A DNA stretch of 64,000 nucleotides from Candidatus Bathyarchaeota archaeon (GCA_963771885.1 CAVYVF010000022.1:256001-320000); one strand, 5' to 3'; shown: positions 9,387 through 19,115, numbered from the stretch's first letter. The notes: generated by a model from the sequence alone, not told the origin. A program made the numbers and translations.

Positions 9387-10526
9387 ATGCCCGTAGCCTC
9401 GCGCGAGTACCAGGTATTCGTCAAGCCAGGGGGAGCCAGCTGCAACCTCGGCTGCCAGTACTGCTACTACCTCGAGAAGGGGCGCCTCTACCCCGGGGAG
9501 GAGTCGTTTAAGATGTCGGACGACCTCCTCGAGTCCTACATCGCTCAGCACATCGAGGCATGCCCCTCGGAGACTGTCTTCTTCTCGTGGCATGGGGGGG
9601 AGCCCACGGTGCTCGGGCGGGGCTACTTTGAGAGGATAGTAGACCTGCAACGTAGGCATAACCCAGCTGGAAAGAGGATAATCAATGGCGTGCAGACGAA
9701 TGGCACGCTCCTCGACGAGGGCTGGTGCCGATTCCTCGCCGAGAACGGGTTCTACGTCGGGATAAGCCTGGATGGCCCCGAGGACATCCACGACGAGTAC
9801 AGGCGCACGAGGGACGGGGGGTCGACGCACCGCGACGTGGTCCGCGGTTACAGGCTTCTGCAGGGGCATGGCGTCCAGCCAGAGATTCTCTGCGTGGTCA
9901 ACGCGCGTAGCGCCCAGAACCCCCTCAGGGTGTACAGGTACTTCAAGCAGCTCGGCGCCCGAAACATCACGTTCCTGCCCCTAGTCGAGCCGGGGGTGAA
10001 GCCCTGCGTCAGCGAGAGGAGCGTGCCACCGGAAGCCTGGGGGCGTTTCCTCTGCGCGGTATTCGATGAGTGGGTCCGGGAGGACATAGGTGGGGTGAAG
10101 GTGCAGATATTCGAGGAGGCTCTGAGGACAGCCTTCGGGCAGGAGCACTCCCTCTGCATCTTCAGGTCCACCTGCGGCGACATACCCGTCCTCGAGCACA
10201 ACGGCGACTTCTACTCATGCGACCACTTCGTAGACGAGGATCACCTGCTCGGGAACCTGAGGGATAAGAGTCTGATCGACCTCGTCGAGGACCCCCGGCT
10301 GAGGGTTTTCGGGGAGGCTAAGCTCGGGGGTCTGCCGAGGCTCTGCAGGGAGTGCCCGGTCAGGGACATGTGCAACGGTGAATGTCCCAAGAACCGGCTG
10401 GGGACGACTCCAGTCGGGGAGCCTAGGCTGAACTACCTATGCGAAGGTTACAGGCGATTCTTCACACACTGCAGGCCCTTCGTGTCCGAGGTCGCCAGGG
10501 TGTGGAAGATGCAGAACAGGGGCTAG
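9387..10526 (+). CDS. anaerobic sulfatase-maturase-like radical SAM/SPASM protein
   Basis: KP..CNLGCQYCYY, WHGGEP, QTNG, SPASM cysteines (C..C, YSCDHF, CRECPVRDMCNGECPK, YLC). Confidence 0.88.
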   Translation: MPVASREYQVFVKPGGASCNLGCQYCYYLEKGRLYPGEESFKMSDDLLESYIAQHIEACPSETVFFSWHGGEPTVLGRGYFERIVDLQRRHNPAGKRIINGVQTNGTLLDEGWCRFLAENGFYVGISLDGPEDIHDEYRRTRDGGSTHRDVVRGYRLLQGHGVQPEILCVVNARSAQNPLRVYRYFKQLGARNITFLPLVEPGVKPCVSERSVPPEAWGRFLCAVFDEWVREDIGGVKVQIFEEALRTAFGQEHSLCIFRSTCGDIPVLEHNGDFYSCDHFVDEDHLLGNLRDKSLIDLVEDPRLRVFGEAKLGGLPRLCRECPVRDMCNGECPKNRLGTTPVGEPRLNYLCEGYRRFFTHCRPFVSEVARVWKMQNRG

Positions 10527-11233
10527 GTCTTCAGCTTCTCGTCGAAGAACTTGATGGTTCGGCTCCAGGCGAGCTTCGCCGCCTCATTGTTGAATATTGG
10601 CCTGGTGTCGTTGAAGAAGCCGTGTCTGGTTCCCGGGTAGACGTACTGCTTGTAGTCCACTCCGGCTTTCTTCAGCGCCTCCTCGTAGGCAGCCATGCCC
10701 GCGTTGATGCGCTCGTCCTCTCCGGCGTAGTGTATGAGGAGGGAGGCCTTGATCCTTGGCACATCCTCCGGCTTGGGTTGCATCCCGTAGAAGGGGACCG
10801 CCGCGTCTACGTCGGAGTTGGCGGCGACCTGGTTCGACATGCCGCCGCCCCAGCAGAATCCGGTGACTCCTACCTTGCCTGTTGACTGGGGGTTGGTCTG
10901 GAGGTACTTTACGGCTGCGGCGAAGTCCTTGACGGTCTTCTGGTAGTCGAGTTTCTGCATCATCGCCCTCGCCTCGTCGTCGCTGCCGGGTGATCCACCG
11001 AGCGGGGATAGGGCGTCGGGGGCGATGACGAGGTAGCCTTCCAGCGCGACGCGTCTCGCGACGTCCTCGATGTGCCTGTTTAGGCCGAATATCTCCTGGA
11101 CGACTATGACGCCGGGGTGCTTACCGGGTCCCTTTGGTCTGGCCTGATACGCCTTAACCTTCCCCGTTTCGCCGGGGTACTCGATTCGCTTCGCTTCGAG
11201 TCGGGGGTCAGTCTCGGATACTTTTGACAACAC
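10523..11233 (-). CDS. dienelactone hydrolase family protein
   Basis: QEIFGLN, GFCWGG nucleophile motif, HGF. Confidence 0.9.
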   Translation of the reverse strand: MLSKVSETDPRLEAKRIEYPGETGKVKAYQARPKGPGKHPGVIVVQEIFGLNRHIEDVARRVALEGYLVIAPDALSPLGGSPGSDDEARAMMQKLDYQKTVKDFAAAVKYLQTNPQSTGKVGVTGFCWGGGMSNQVAANSDVDAAVPFYGMQPKPEDVPRIKASLLIHYAGEDERINAGMAAYEEALKKAGVDYKQYVYPGTRHGFFNDTRPIFNNEAAKLAWSRTIKFFDEKLKT

Positions 11234-11310
11234 TCATCCCTGAGATGAGTTGGCTGCAGTGTTAATAAAGATGAAATGTCGGCCACGGCTAGGTTTTTAG
11301 CGGGATGTGG

Positions 11311-13254
11311 TTACATCCGCTCGGGGGCCTCGATGCCGAGTGCGGCGCAGCCGTTCCTGAGGACAACGCGGACGGCGTCTACGAGTGCGAGGCGTGCCCC
11401 GACTAGTCCGGGGGTCTCAGCGTTTAGGACTCGTAGGGCGGAGTAGAAGCTGTTGTACTTGTCGGCGAGGCTGTTGAGGTAGGCGGTGATTGTGCCGGGT
11501 TTGAGTACGTCGGCAGCCTCGGCAAAGACCTCGGGCCAGTTGGCGACGGCGCTGACTATCTCTCGTTCCTTTGGATCCGTGAGCTGGCTGAAGTCGGGGG
11601 CTGGGCGTGTCTCCACTTTCTTCAGTATGTTGCAGCAGCGTGCGTGGCTGTACTGGATGAATGGGGCGCTGTTAGTCTCGAAGTTCAGGGCCTTTACCCA
11701 GTCGAAGATGACCTGCTTGTTGGCGTCGACGCTGAGGAGGGTGTACTTGATGGCGCCGAGGCCGACCATGCGTGCGATGTCGCGGCGCTGCGCCTCGGGG
11801 AGGTCTGGGGTGCGCTTTATGACCTCATCCATGGCGAGTTCGATGCTCCTGTCCATCACGTCGTTCAAGGCGACGTACCTGCCGAGGCGTCCGCTCATCT
11901 TGCCCTCGGGGAGTTTGACAAACTCGTAGCCGTAATGTATTTGGTTGTCGCCCATCTCTGGCTTGCCGATGGCGACGAGGGCGATCCGGAGCTGTAGCTG
12001 AGCGAGCGCCTGCTCCTGACCGATGACGTTGATGACCTTGTCCATGCCGGTGCCGAACTTGTAGATGCTATAAGCCATGTCGCGAAGGGTGTAGAGTGTG
12101 GTGCCGTCGCTCCTGACGAGGACGAGGCGGGGTATCTCGTGGTTAGGTGCTAATCCCCAGCGCTGCTTGAGGGCGTAGATGTTGGCGACGGAGTTGCAGT
12201 TGAGAACTAGGGCACCCTGGTCCTGCTCGACGAAGTCGGTGTGCCTGAGTGTATCTAATACCTCGTCGGCCTTCTTCTCCCAGACGAGGTTGCTCTCGTA
12301 GTCGAATGAGTCGTACTTGATGCCCATCTCGCCCATTGTCTGGATGAATCCGTCTATGCATATCTTGACGAGGCGGCGGACCGCCTTGACGGTCTCGGGT
12401 TCGTTGTTCTCGTAGGCGGTGTTTAGCTTGGCGATCTCTACGGCTGGATTGGAGTAGGCAGCGATCTTCTCCCTGAGGGCGAGGTATGTCTTGGGACTCG
12501 TCTTCTCGAGGTCGGCGGCAGCGGTCTCGAACTTCTCCTGCTCCTCCTGTAGCTCGGCAATCATGGGGACGTCGCCCTTCTCCTCGGCGACCTTTGTCTC
12601 CCTGGCGACGCGGAGTAGCTCCATGCTTACGTTTGTGGAGGCGTAGATGGCGCCGATGAATAGCTCGCCGCGGATGTCGGGCTCGGGCTTGCCGAGGAGC
12701 GTCCAGCCCCACGTGGCTAGGGCGACTTGGCGTCCCATGTCGTTGACTAGGAAGTCGACGCGCATGGAGTTGCCGCGTAGGCGTAGCATGTTGGCTAGGC
12801 AGGCGCCTGTGATGGCGTTGCGGGCGTGGCCGATGGTGATGGGGTGGATGGGGTTGGCGGATGTGTGCTCTACCATGACCCTCTTGGGCTCCGTCGCTTT
12901 GAGGTAGCCGTACTCGGGGTCACTCGCCGCCGTCTCGAAGACGAGCCGGTAATAGTTAGCCTCGTCGGCGTGGAAGTTGACGTAGCCGTTTACTGCCTCG
13001 GCGGAGGCGACTAAGGTGCTCTTCTTGACATGTTTAGCGATGTTTGTGGCTATATCGGCGGGCTTCTGCCTCAGAGCCTTCGCGAGCTGGAATGATGCTG
13101 CCGATGCTAACTCCCCCATCTTTGGGTCGGGGGGCTGGCTCCATTTGGACTCGGGGAGTGTTGTGCCGGGGTATGCCGCCTCTGTTGCTACGGCTAGTTG
13201 GCGATGGCACTCCTCTCTCAGCTTCGCGAGGGGGTTTGACATGTTTAAGCCCAT
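11311..13254 (-). CDS. argS: arginine--tRNA ligase
   Basis: EHTSANP..TIGHARN, RSDGT.LY, KMSGR, IQYSHAR, C-terminal ERM. Confidence 0.95.
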   Translation of the reverse strand: MGLNMSNPLAKLREECHRQLAVATEAAYPGTTLPESKWSQPPDPKMGELASAASFQLAKALRQKPADIATNIAKHVKKSTLVASAEAVNGYVNFHADEANYYRLVFETAASDPEYGYLKATEPKRVMVEHTSANPIHPITIGHARNAITGACLANMLRLRGNSMRVDFLVNDMGRQVALATWGWTLLGKPEPDIRGELFIGAIYASTNVSMELLRVARETKVAEEKGDVPMIAELQEEQEKFETAAADLEKTSPKTYLALREKIAAYSNPAVEIAKLNTAYENNEPETVKAVRRLVKICIDGFIQTMGEMGIKYDSFDYESNLVWEKKADEVLDTLRHTDFVEQDQGALVLNCNSVANIYALKQRWGLAPNHEIPRLVLVRSDGTTLYTLRDMAYSIYKFGTGMDKVINVIGQEQALAQLQLRIALVAIGKPEMGDNQIHYGYEFVKLPEGKMSGRLGRYVALNDVMDRSIELAMDEVIKRTPDLPEAQRRDIARMVGLGAIKYTLLSVDANKQVIFDWVKALNFETNSAPFIQYSHARCCNILKKVETRPAPDFSQLTDPKEREIVSAVANWPEVFAEAADVLKPGTITAYLNSLADKYNSFYSALRVLNAETPGLVGARLALVDAVRVVLRNGCAALGIEAPERM

Positions 13255-13308
13255 TATGGCGGGGGGTCAGGGCGTTAAAATGAGTATCGCTCTAGGCTAC
13301 TTCTTCAC

Positions 13309-13938
13309 CTAGCGGGGGACCATCGAGATCGCGCCGGTGGAGCATGTGGAGACGCAGACGCCGCAGCCCATACACTTCGACGCATCATAAACCAGCGCGC
13401 CCTCGACGAGCTTCCTCGCTTTGAATATGCAGCGGTCAACACAAATGTCACATGCAATGCACTTGTCGTGATCGTCTTCGGCGATCTGTTTGGAGGTCAG
13501 TATGAGGTCAAATGTACCCTTCTCGATCATAGGGCCGAGTGTGGTACAGCAACAGCCGCAGCAGCTGCAAAGGATCTTGGGCCTGTCGGCACCCTTGGCA
13601 ACGTACGCAATGTGGACGAGTCCGGCCTCATGACTGCGCTTGAGTATGGCTAGTGCCTCGTCTAGTGTGACCTCACGGTTGTTTCCACCGTGGCTGATCG
13701 ATGTGTCTGCCTGCTCGTCGAGGCTGAGGCAGACGTCGATGGGGGCGTCGCAGTTGTGGTGCTCGGACCTGCAGGGGCAGTCGCCCACGGTTATTCTCCT
13801 CGCCTTCTTCAGTATTGCCTTAGCTTCGGAGAGGTCAAAGACGGTGTGGTCGGCCTCGATCCTGATGTTGACGGGGAGGGTGATGCCGTGGTCGAGCTCG
13901 TCGTTGGCCTGTTGTTCCTCGTGGGAGTCGGGCGCCAT
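13309..13938 (-). CDS. Cys-rich 4Fe-4S dicluster protein
   Basis: CPCR..C..C, CSCCGCCC and two CxxCxxCxxxC ferredoxin motifs; start placed at ATG 13938. Confidence 0.8.
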   Translation of the reverse strand: MAPDSHEEQQANDELDHGITLPVNIRIEADHTVFDLSEAKAILKKARRITVGDCPCRSEHHNCDAPIDVCLSLDEQADTSISHGGNNREVTLDEALAILKRSHEAGLVHIAYVAKGADRPKILCSCCGCCCTTLGPMIEKGTFDLILTSKQIAEDDHDKCIACDICVDRCIFKARKLVEGALVYDASKCMGCGVCVSTCSTGAISMVPR

Positions 13939-14013
13939 GTTCGTCCCCGGCGTTTCTCGGGATTTATGCCTTAGCGGGGCAAGTCTCTTATGGGGTATCG
14001 GTGAGGGCATATC

Positions 14014-14478
14014 ATGCTCTACTTCGCCTATGGCTCGAACCTCTCAACGAAGTACGTGAGGCAGTACACGCCGAGCGCCGTCTTCGTCAGGCGCGCCCTC
14101 CTATCGAACTTCCACATAGAGTTCCGTCGCTACTCGGACAACCTGAAGGGTGGGATAAGCACGATAATCGAGGCGCCGGGGGAGATGGTTCACGGCGTCA
14201 TTTACGAGGTCGACCCGAAGGAGATCGCCGCACTGGACATACTGGAGAAGGTGCCGCTGGGCGTCTACAAGAGGGAAGGCTTCAAGGTCCTCGGCGAGGA
14301 TGGGGTATGGTACACGGCGGACCTTTACCGTGTCGTCAAGCCGGAGGGGCCGTACACGCCGGCGAAAAAGTATGTCTCATGGATGGTCGAAGGCATGAGG
14401 GAGCACGGCATCGACCCCACCTACGCGAAGAGGTTCATAGACATCTACCCGACGCTGCCCGAGTCCTCAGAGAAGTAG
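14014..14478 (+). CDS. gamma-glutamylcyclotransferase family protein
   Basis: YFAYGSNL, VHGVIYE, LDILE, P...Y...M..G..EHG. Confidence 0.88.
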   Translation: MLYFAYGSNLSTKYVRQYTPSAVFVRRALLSNFHIEFRRYSDNLKGGISTIIEAPGEMVHGVIYEVDPKEIAALDILEKVPLGVYKREGFKVLGEDGVWYTADLYRVVKPEGPYTPAKKYVSWMVEGMREHGIDPTYAKRFIDIYPTLPESSEK

Positions 14479-14554
14479 TGGCGAGCCCGGTGGGATTCGA
14501 ACCCACGCTCTCCGGCTTCGGAGGCCGACGCCTTATCCGCTGGGCTACGGGCTC
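14479..14554 (-). tRNA. tRNA-Arg(CCG), intronless, CCA encoded
   Basis: GAGCCCG acceptor stem, anticodon loop CTCCGAA, GTGGG-TTCGAAT-CCCAC T arm, ends CGGGCTC-G-CCA. Confidence 0.96.
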
Positions 14555-14589
14555 AACCACCTAGCCAACGAAGATTAAGGTTAAAATCG

Positions 14590-14840
14590 TTTCCACATTG
14601 GACATAAATTGGACTTTAAAAAAATGGGAGAGTATGATTGGAAAGATTTCCTAAAAATTCGTATCACTTATGAAATTCGTTCGGGTGTATATTGGAAATA
14701 ATATACTTGAAATTAGAAATTTTCCCAGCTCCGTACAAGAGTTATTCAAAATCGTATCTGTTCTCTCCGACAATATTAGCTAACGAATTAGTGTTCATGC
14801 CTTAGTTAAACTGATTCAATATTCTCTCTCTTATTAGTTG
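14590..14840. other. AT-rich patch, possibly a decayed foreign gene
   Basis: Much more AT-rich than its flanks; a minus-strand frame reads MNTNSLANIVGENRYDFE*LLYGAGKISNFKYIISNIHPNEFHK*. Confidence 0.35.
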
Positions 14841-14984
14841 GAATATCCATCTCTCCGACGTCTTCATCGATGCAAATCGCCACTATCTCATCCAGACTAC
14901 CTGAGGAGAGGCCGCCGTGCGCGACAGAAAACACTTGCCCTGAGGCATAAGGAGATAAAAAGGCGATACGCCTATCCATCACCC

Positions 14985-16127
14985 ATGTCGCTTCGGCGTG
15001 TCATCGTCTGTACAGGCCCCCCCGGCAACGGCCGCGACGAGATGCTCACAAAGATGAAGGAGAAGGCAAGCTTCCACTACTATCATCTATTCCAATACAT
15101 AGTCGACGAGGCAAAGGCCGACGGCACGAACCTCAGCAAGCTCAACATACTGGACTTCTACGACAGCCAGCCTGAGAAGATGGACGCCCTACGCGAGGCC
15201 GCCGTCGCCCGCATTGAAGCCGAGATCAAGGAGCACCCCGGAGTCCACATAATCAGCACCCCCCACCACTTCGAGTGGAAGGGCAACCGCTTCAAAGGAC
15301 TCGACCGCGGCGACGTCGAACGCCTCGACCCCAATCTCTTCATCGTTGTATTCGACGACATCATACGCGTCCGCGAGCGCCTCGCCGCCGACCCGCAGTG
15401 GAGCGACCACCGCTACACACTCGGAGAGATAGCAAACTGGCGCCGCGAGGAGATGGCCGATGTCTACGAGCAGGCACGCGGCTTCACCCCCCGTAAGGAG
15501 GTCCAGATAGTCGCCTATGAGAATGGCCCAGACTTCCTCCGCGACCTCATCTTCAACAGCCGCAAGGAGAAGTTCTACCTCAGCCACCCCATCACGGGCG
15601 AGGAGGAGGACAGCTTCAAGCGCTTCACAAAGTTCGCCACTTCCCTCAAGGACTACTACATTGTCTACGACCCAATCATGATCAAGGACTGGGAGATAGT
15701 CGAGTGCTGGCGCGACGCCCTCAACGCGGCTATCGACCTCGGCGAGCCACGCCCCGCACGTATCCCCGTCAAGATACAGTACCGCGACGGCCCCAAAGAG
15801 GTCATACTCGACACACAGGAGGTCGAAGCCGCCGTCAAGAACCTCCGCTTCCAGATAATAGACAGCGACTACAAGATAATAGAGAACAGCCAGCTCGTCG
15901 TCGTCTACCACCCACGCCAAAGCATAAGCGCAGGCGTCATGTGTGAGATGGTCTACGCCAAGAGCCTCGCCAAGCTCGTCTACGTCTACTACCCCTACGA
16001 GCCCAGTCCATTCTTCGAGTGGTATAGCACACGCATCTTCAAGGACGAGGGCGAGCTACGCGACTTCCTGATCAAAGAATCGAAGCTCACGGGGCAGACG
16101 CCCCTCGACCTCTACTCCAAGCCCTAG
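14985..16127 (+). CDS. archaeal adenylate-kinase-like domain fused to a nucleoside 2-deoxyribosyltransferase/N-glycosidase-like domain
   Basis: N-terminal IVCTGPPGNGRD P-loop variant with AdkA-like GL..LDP..FIVV; C-terminal FYLSHPIT, DSDYKII, SAGVMCE..YA..K.V; tail QTPLDLY; start ATG 14985. Confidence 0.75.
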   Translation: MSLRRVIVCTGPPGNGRDEMLTKMKEKASFHYYHLFQYIVDEAKADGTNLSKLNILDFYDSQPEKMDALREAAVARIEAEIKEHPGVHIISTPHHFEWKGNRFKGLDRGDVERLDPNLFIVVFDDIIRVRERLAADPQWSDHRYTLGEIANWRREEMADVYEQARGFTPRKEVQIVAYENGPDFLRDLIFNSRKEKFYLSHPITGEEEDSFKRFTKFATSLKDYYIVYDPIMIKDWEIVECWRDALNAAIDLGEPRPARIPVKIQYRDGPKEVILDTQEVEAAVKNLRFQIIDSDYKIIENSQLVVVYHPRQSISAGVMCEMVYAKSLAKLVYVYYPYEPSPFFEWYSTRIFKDEGELRDFLIKESKLTGQTPLDLYSKP

Positions 16128-16165
16128 CTTCTAATACCCCCGTGATCGACTGATAATAGATTAAA

Positions 16166-18262
16166 ATGGCGGTCAGGAGGGTCAAGAAACGAGACGGTGG
16201 GGTAGTCGACTTCGACCAATCCAAGATCACTAACGCCATCTACAAAGCCCTCATGGCCGTCGAGGGCAAAGGCGACGCCGCCCAAGCCATCAGCGACAAG
16301 GCCGTCGAGAAGCTCCACGCCAGATATGCCGACAAGATTCCAGGCGTCGAGAACATACAGGACATAGTCGTCGAAACGCTCCACGAGTCCGGCTACGAGC
16401 GTGTTGCCGACGACTACCAAGCGTACCGCACCCGTAAGGCTGAGCTGCGCGCCCTACGAGGCGAACTGGGCATCCTCGACGAGCCAAAGCTCAGTGTTAA
16501 TGCCATCGAGGTCCTTGAGAAGCGCTACCTGCTCAAGGACGATAAGGGCACCCTCGCTGAGACCCCTACTGGGATGTTCCTGCGCGTCGCCAAGGGTGTC
16601 GCGGAGGCAGAGAAGCTCTACGGCGAGGACCCAGACGTCGCCGCACGGGAGTTCTACGGCGCTATGAGTCGCCTCGAGTTTCTCCCCAACAGCCCCACAC
16701 TCTTCAACGCTGGAACAAAGACCAACTTCGCCCTCAGCGCCTGCTACGTCCTCCCCGTCGAAGACAGCCTCGACGGCATCTTCACCACCCTCAAGAACAT
16801 GGCACTCATCGAGCAGACCGGCGGCGGAGTCGGCTTCGACTTCAGCAGGCTCCGCCCCGCCGGCGACATCGTCAGGACCACAATGGGCGTCGCCTCCGGC
16901 CCCGTTAGCTTCATGAAGATATTCGACGCCGCCACCGAGGTCATAAAGGCAGGGGGCAGGCGCCGCGGCGCCATGATGGCGATCCTTCGCGTCGACCACC
17001 CCGACGTAACCGAGTTCATATCCGCCAAAGCCCGCCCCGGCGTGCTCACGAACTTCAACATAAGCGTCACAGCCACGGACGCCTTCATGAAGGCCGTCGA
17101 GGAGGGAAGCGACTACGACCTCGTCAACCCGCGCACTAAGCAGCCGGTGAGGAGGATAAGCGCCCGTTACATCTGGGACCGCTTAGTTGACAACGCGTGG
17201 CGCAGCGGCGACCCCGGCATAGTCTTCATAGACGAGGTCAACCGCCACAACCCCACCCCACAAATCGGGAGGATGGAGTCGACCAACCCCTGCGGCGAGC
17301 AGCCACTCCTCCCCTATGAGAGCTGCAACCTCGGAAGCATAAACCTCGCCAAGATGGTTGCGGGCGACGCCGTCGACTGGGAGAAGCTCCGCCGAACCAT
17401 CCACACGGGCATACGCTTCCTCGACAACGTCATAGACATCAACCCCTACCCCATCAAGGAGACTAGTGAGATCACCCACGCCAACAGGAAGATAGGCCTC
17501 GGCGTCATGGGCTTCGCCGACCTCCTCATCCTTCTCGGTGTCCCATACGACTCCGACCGCGCCGTGGAGATCGCTGAGGAGATTGCCCGCTTCATAAACG
17601 AGGAATCGGGCAAAGCCTCCGAGCAGCTCGCTCTAAAGAGGGGGAACTTTGCGAACTTCAATGGGAGCATCTGGGAGGGTAAATTCAAGGCACGCCGCAA
17701 TGCCACCGTCACGACGGTCGCCCCCACGGGCACCATAAGCATTATCGCTGGCTGCTCCTCCGGCATAGAACCCCTATTCGCAGTCGCCTTCATGCGCCAC
17801 GTCCTCGAGGGCGCACGCCTATTTGAACTGCACCCAATCTTCGAGCGGATGGCAAAGGAACGCGGCTTCTACGGCGGAGAGACGCTTGAGAGGATAGTCG
17901 CACACGGTACCATCAAAGACGTCGAGGGCGTCCCTGAGGACGCGCGACGCCTCTTCGTCACCGCCCACGACATAATCCCCGAGTGGCACATCAGGATGCA
18001 GGCCGCCTTCCAGCGCCACTGCGAGAATGCTGTCTCAAAGACCGTCAACCTACCTGAGGACGCCAGCATAGGCGACGTAGACAAGGTCTATCGCCTCGCA
18101 TACCAGCTCAAGTGCAAGGGCGTAACCATCTACCGCTACGGCAGCAAGGGGGCGCAGGTGCTCAACCTCGGCGTCGAATCCCGCGGCGAGCCGAAGGTCG
18201 CTACGGCGGAGGCCGAGTACGCCGGAGGACGCCCTATAGAGGGCTGCGAGGTCTGCGGGTGA
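16166..18262 (+). CDS. nrdJ: adenosylcobalamin-dependent (class II) ribonucleotide reductase with ATP cone
   Basis: VKKRDG ATP cone, PNSPTLFN, SACYV, TNPCGEQPL, APTGTIS, C-terminal CxxC; next to an adenosyltransferase and no R2 gene nearby. Confidence 0.93.
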   Translation: MAVRRVKKRDGGVVDFDQSKITNAIYKALMAVEGKGDAAQAISDKAVEKLHARYADKIPGVENIQDIVVETLHESGYERVADDYQAYRTRKAELRALRGELGILDEPKLSVNAIEVLEKRYLLKDDKGTLAETPTGMFLRVAKGVAEAEKLYGEDPDVAAREFYGAMSRLEFLPNSPTLFNAGTKTNFALSACYVLPVEDSLDGIFTTLKNMALIEQTGGGVGFDFSRLRPAGDIVRTTMGVASGPVSFMKIFDAATEVIKAGGRRRGAMMAILRVDHPDVTEFISAKARPGVLTNFNISVTATDAFMKAVEEGSDYDLVNPRTKQPVRRISARYIWDRLVDNAWRSGDPGIVFIDEVNRHNPTPQIGRMESTNPCGEQPLLPYESCNLGSINLAKMVAGDAVDWEKLRRTIHTGIRFLDNVIDINPYPIKETSEITHANRKIGLGVMGFADLLILLGVPYDSDRAVEIAEEIARFINEESGKASEQLALKRGNFANFNGSIWEGKFKARRNATVTTVAPTGTISIIAGCSSGIEPLFAVAFMRHVLEGARLFELHPIFERMAKERGFYGGETLERIVAHGTIKDVEGVPEDARRLFVTAHDIIPEWHIRMQAAFQRHCENAVSKTVNLPEDASIGDVDKVYRLAYQLKCKGVTIYRYGSKGAQVLNLGVESRGEPKVATAEAEYAGGRPIEGCEVCG

Positions 18263-18267
18263 CAGCC

Positions 18268-18831
18268 ATGGGCCACATCTACCTCTACTACGGCACAGGC
18301 GGAGGCAAAACGACTGCGGCGCTAGGCATCGCCCTCCGAAGTGTAGCCCACGGCCACCACGTCACAGTCATCCAATTTCTCAAACATTGGAAGGAGACCG
18401 GGGAATACAAGGCCGCGAAGACCCTCGGCCCGCTCTACGATATCCGGCAGTTCGGCAGGCAGGGTTGGATAAAGGCCGCAAAGGCCAAGGACGAGGTGAG
18501 CGTCGGGGGATTCAAGGCAACCCTGCGGAGACCATCCGAGGAGGACAAGTTGGCCGCCGCCGAGGCGCTCAGGTACGCGGAGAGGGTCATCAAGGGCGAC
18601 CACCCGCCGGAGCTCCTAATTCTAGACGAGGTCTGCCTCGCCGCACATATAGGCATCATCGATGCCGCCGACGTCCTCGCCTTACTCGACAAGCTGCCAA
18701 AGGAGACGGACGCGATACTGACAGGGCGATACACGCCCCAGAAACTCATAGACAGAGCCGACTTCGTAAACGAGATCAGAGAGGTCAAGGCTCCGAAGAC
18801 CTTCGTCTCACGCGAGGGTATACAGTTCTAG
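18268..18831 (+). CDS. cobA: cob(I)yrinic acid a,c-diamide adenosyltransferase (BtuR/CobO type)
   Basis: YYGTGGGKTTAALG, IQFLK, LILDE, ILTGR, AD.V.E, GIQF; start ATG 18268. Confidence 0.9.
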   Translation: MGHIYLYYGTGGGKTTAALGIALRSVAHGHHVTVIQFLKHWKETGEYKAAKTLGPLYDIRQFGRQGWIKAAKAKDEVSVGGFKATLRRPSEEDKLAAAEALRYAERVIKGDHPPELLILDEVCLAAHIGIIDAADVLALLDKLPKETDAILTGRYTPQKLIDRADFVNEIREVKAPKTFVSREGIQF

Positions 18832-19115
18832 GTTATGCCGCCCTTTCCTATCCAGCCAATAACGTCCTCTATCTCCTTCAGCTTCTCAGCGACGAACCTG
18901 CCCTGCGGCGATAGAAATACCTCGTCCTCGTATGGCGCGCTGCGTCTGTCGTAGGCTTCGAGGAGGTCCGTCTCCCTCAGGGCGTCGATGGCGTGGACGA
19001 GGCTGCCGTGCTGCGTGCCCATCTCCTCCGCGAGCTCGGGGAGGGTCATCCTCCTGCCCTTCCCGAGCAAAATGAGCATCGCCTTCATAGAGAAAGTGTG
19101 GCTTAGTGACTCCAT
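18828..19115 (-). CDS. small winged-helix protein
   Basis: MTLPELAEEMG..SLVHAIDALRETDLL..FLSPQG pattern; start ATG 19115. Confidence 0.6.
   Translation of the reverse strand: MESLSHTFSMKAMLILLGKGRRMTLPELAEEMGTQHGSLVHAIDALRETDLLEAYDRRSAPYEDEVFLSPQGRFVAEKLKEIEDVIGWIGKGGIT

Noticed and set aside
14479..14554. tRNA-Arg as the attachment site of an integrated element
   Set aside because: No duplicated tRNA 3' end or integrase seen; the flanks include housekeeping argS and nrdJ
14838..14984. Cobalamin riboswitch upstream of the RNR cluster, or an N-terminal extension of the ORF
   Set aside because: No B12-box-like consensus recognised; a TATA-like element just upstream of ATG 14985 favours the shorter start
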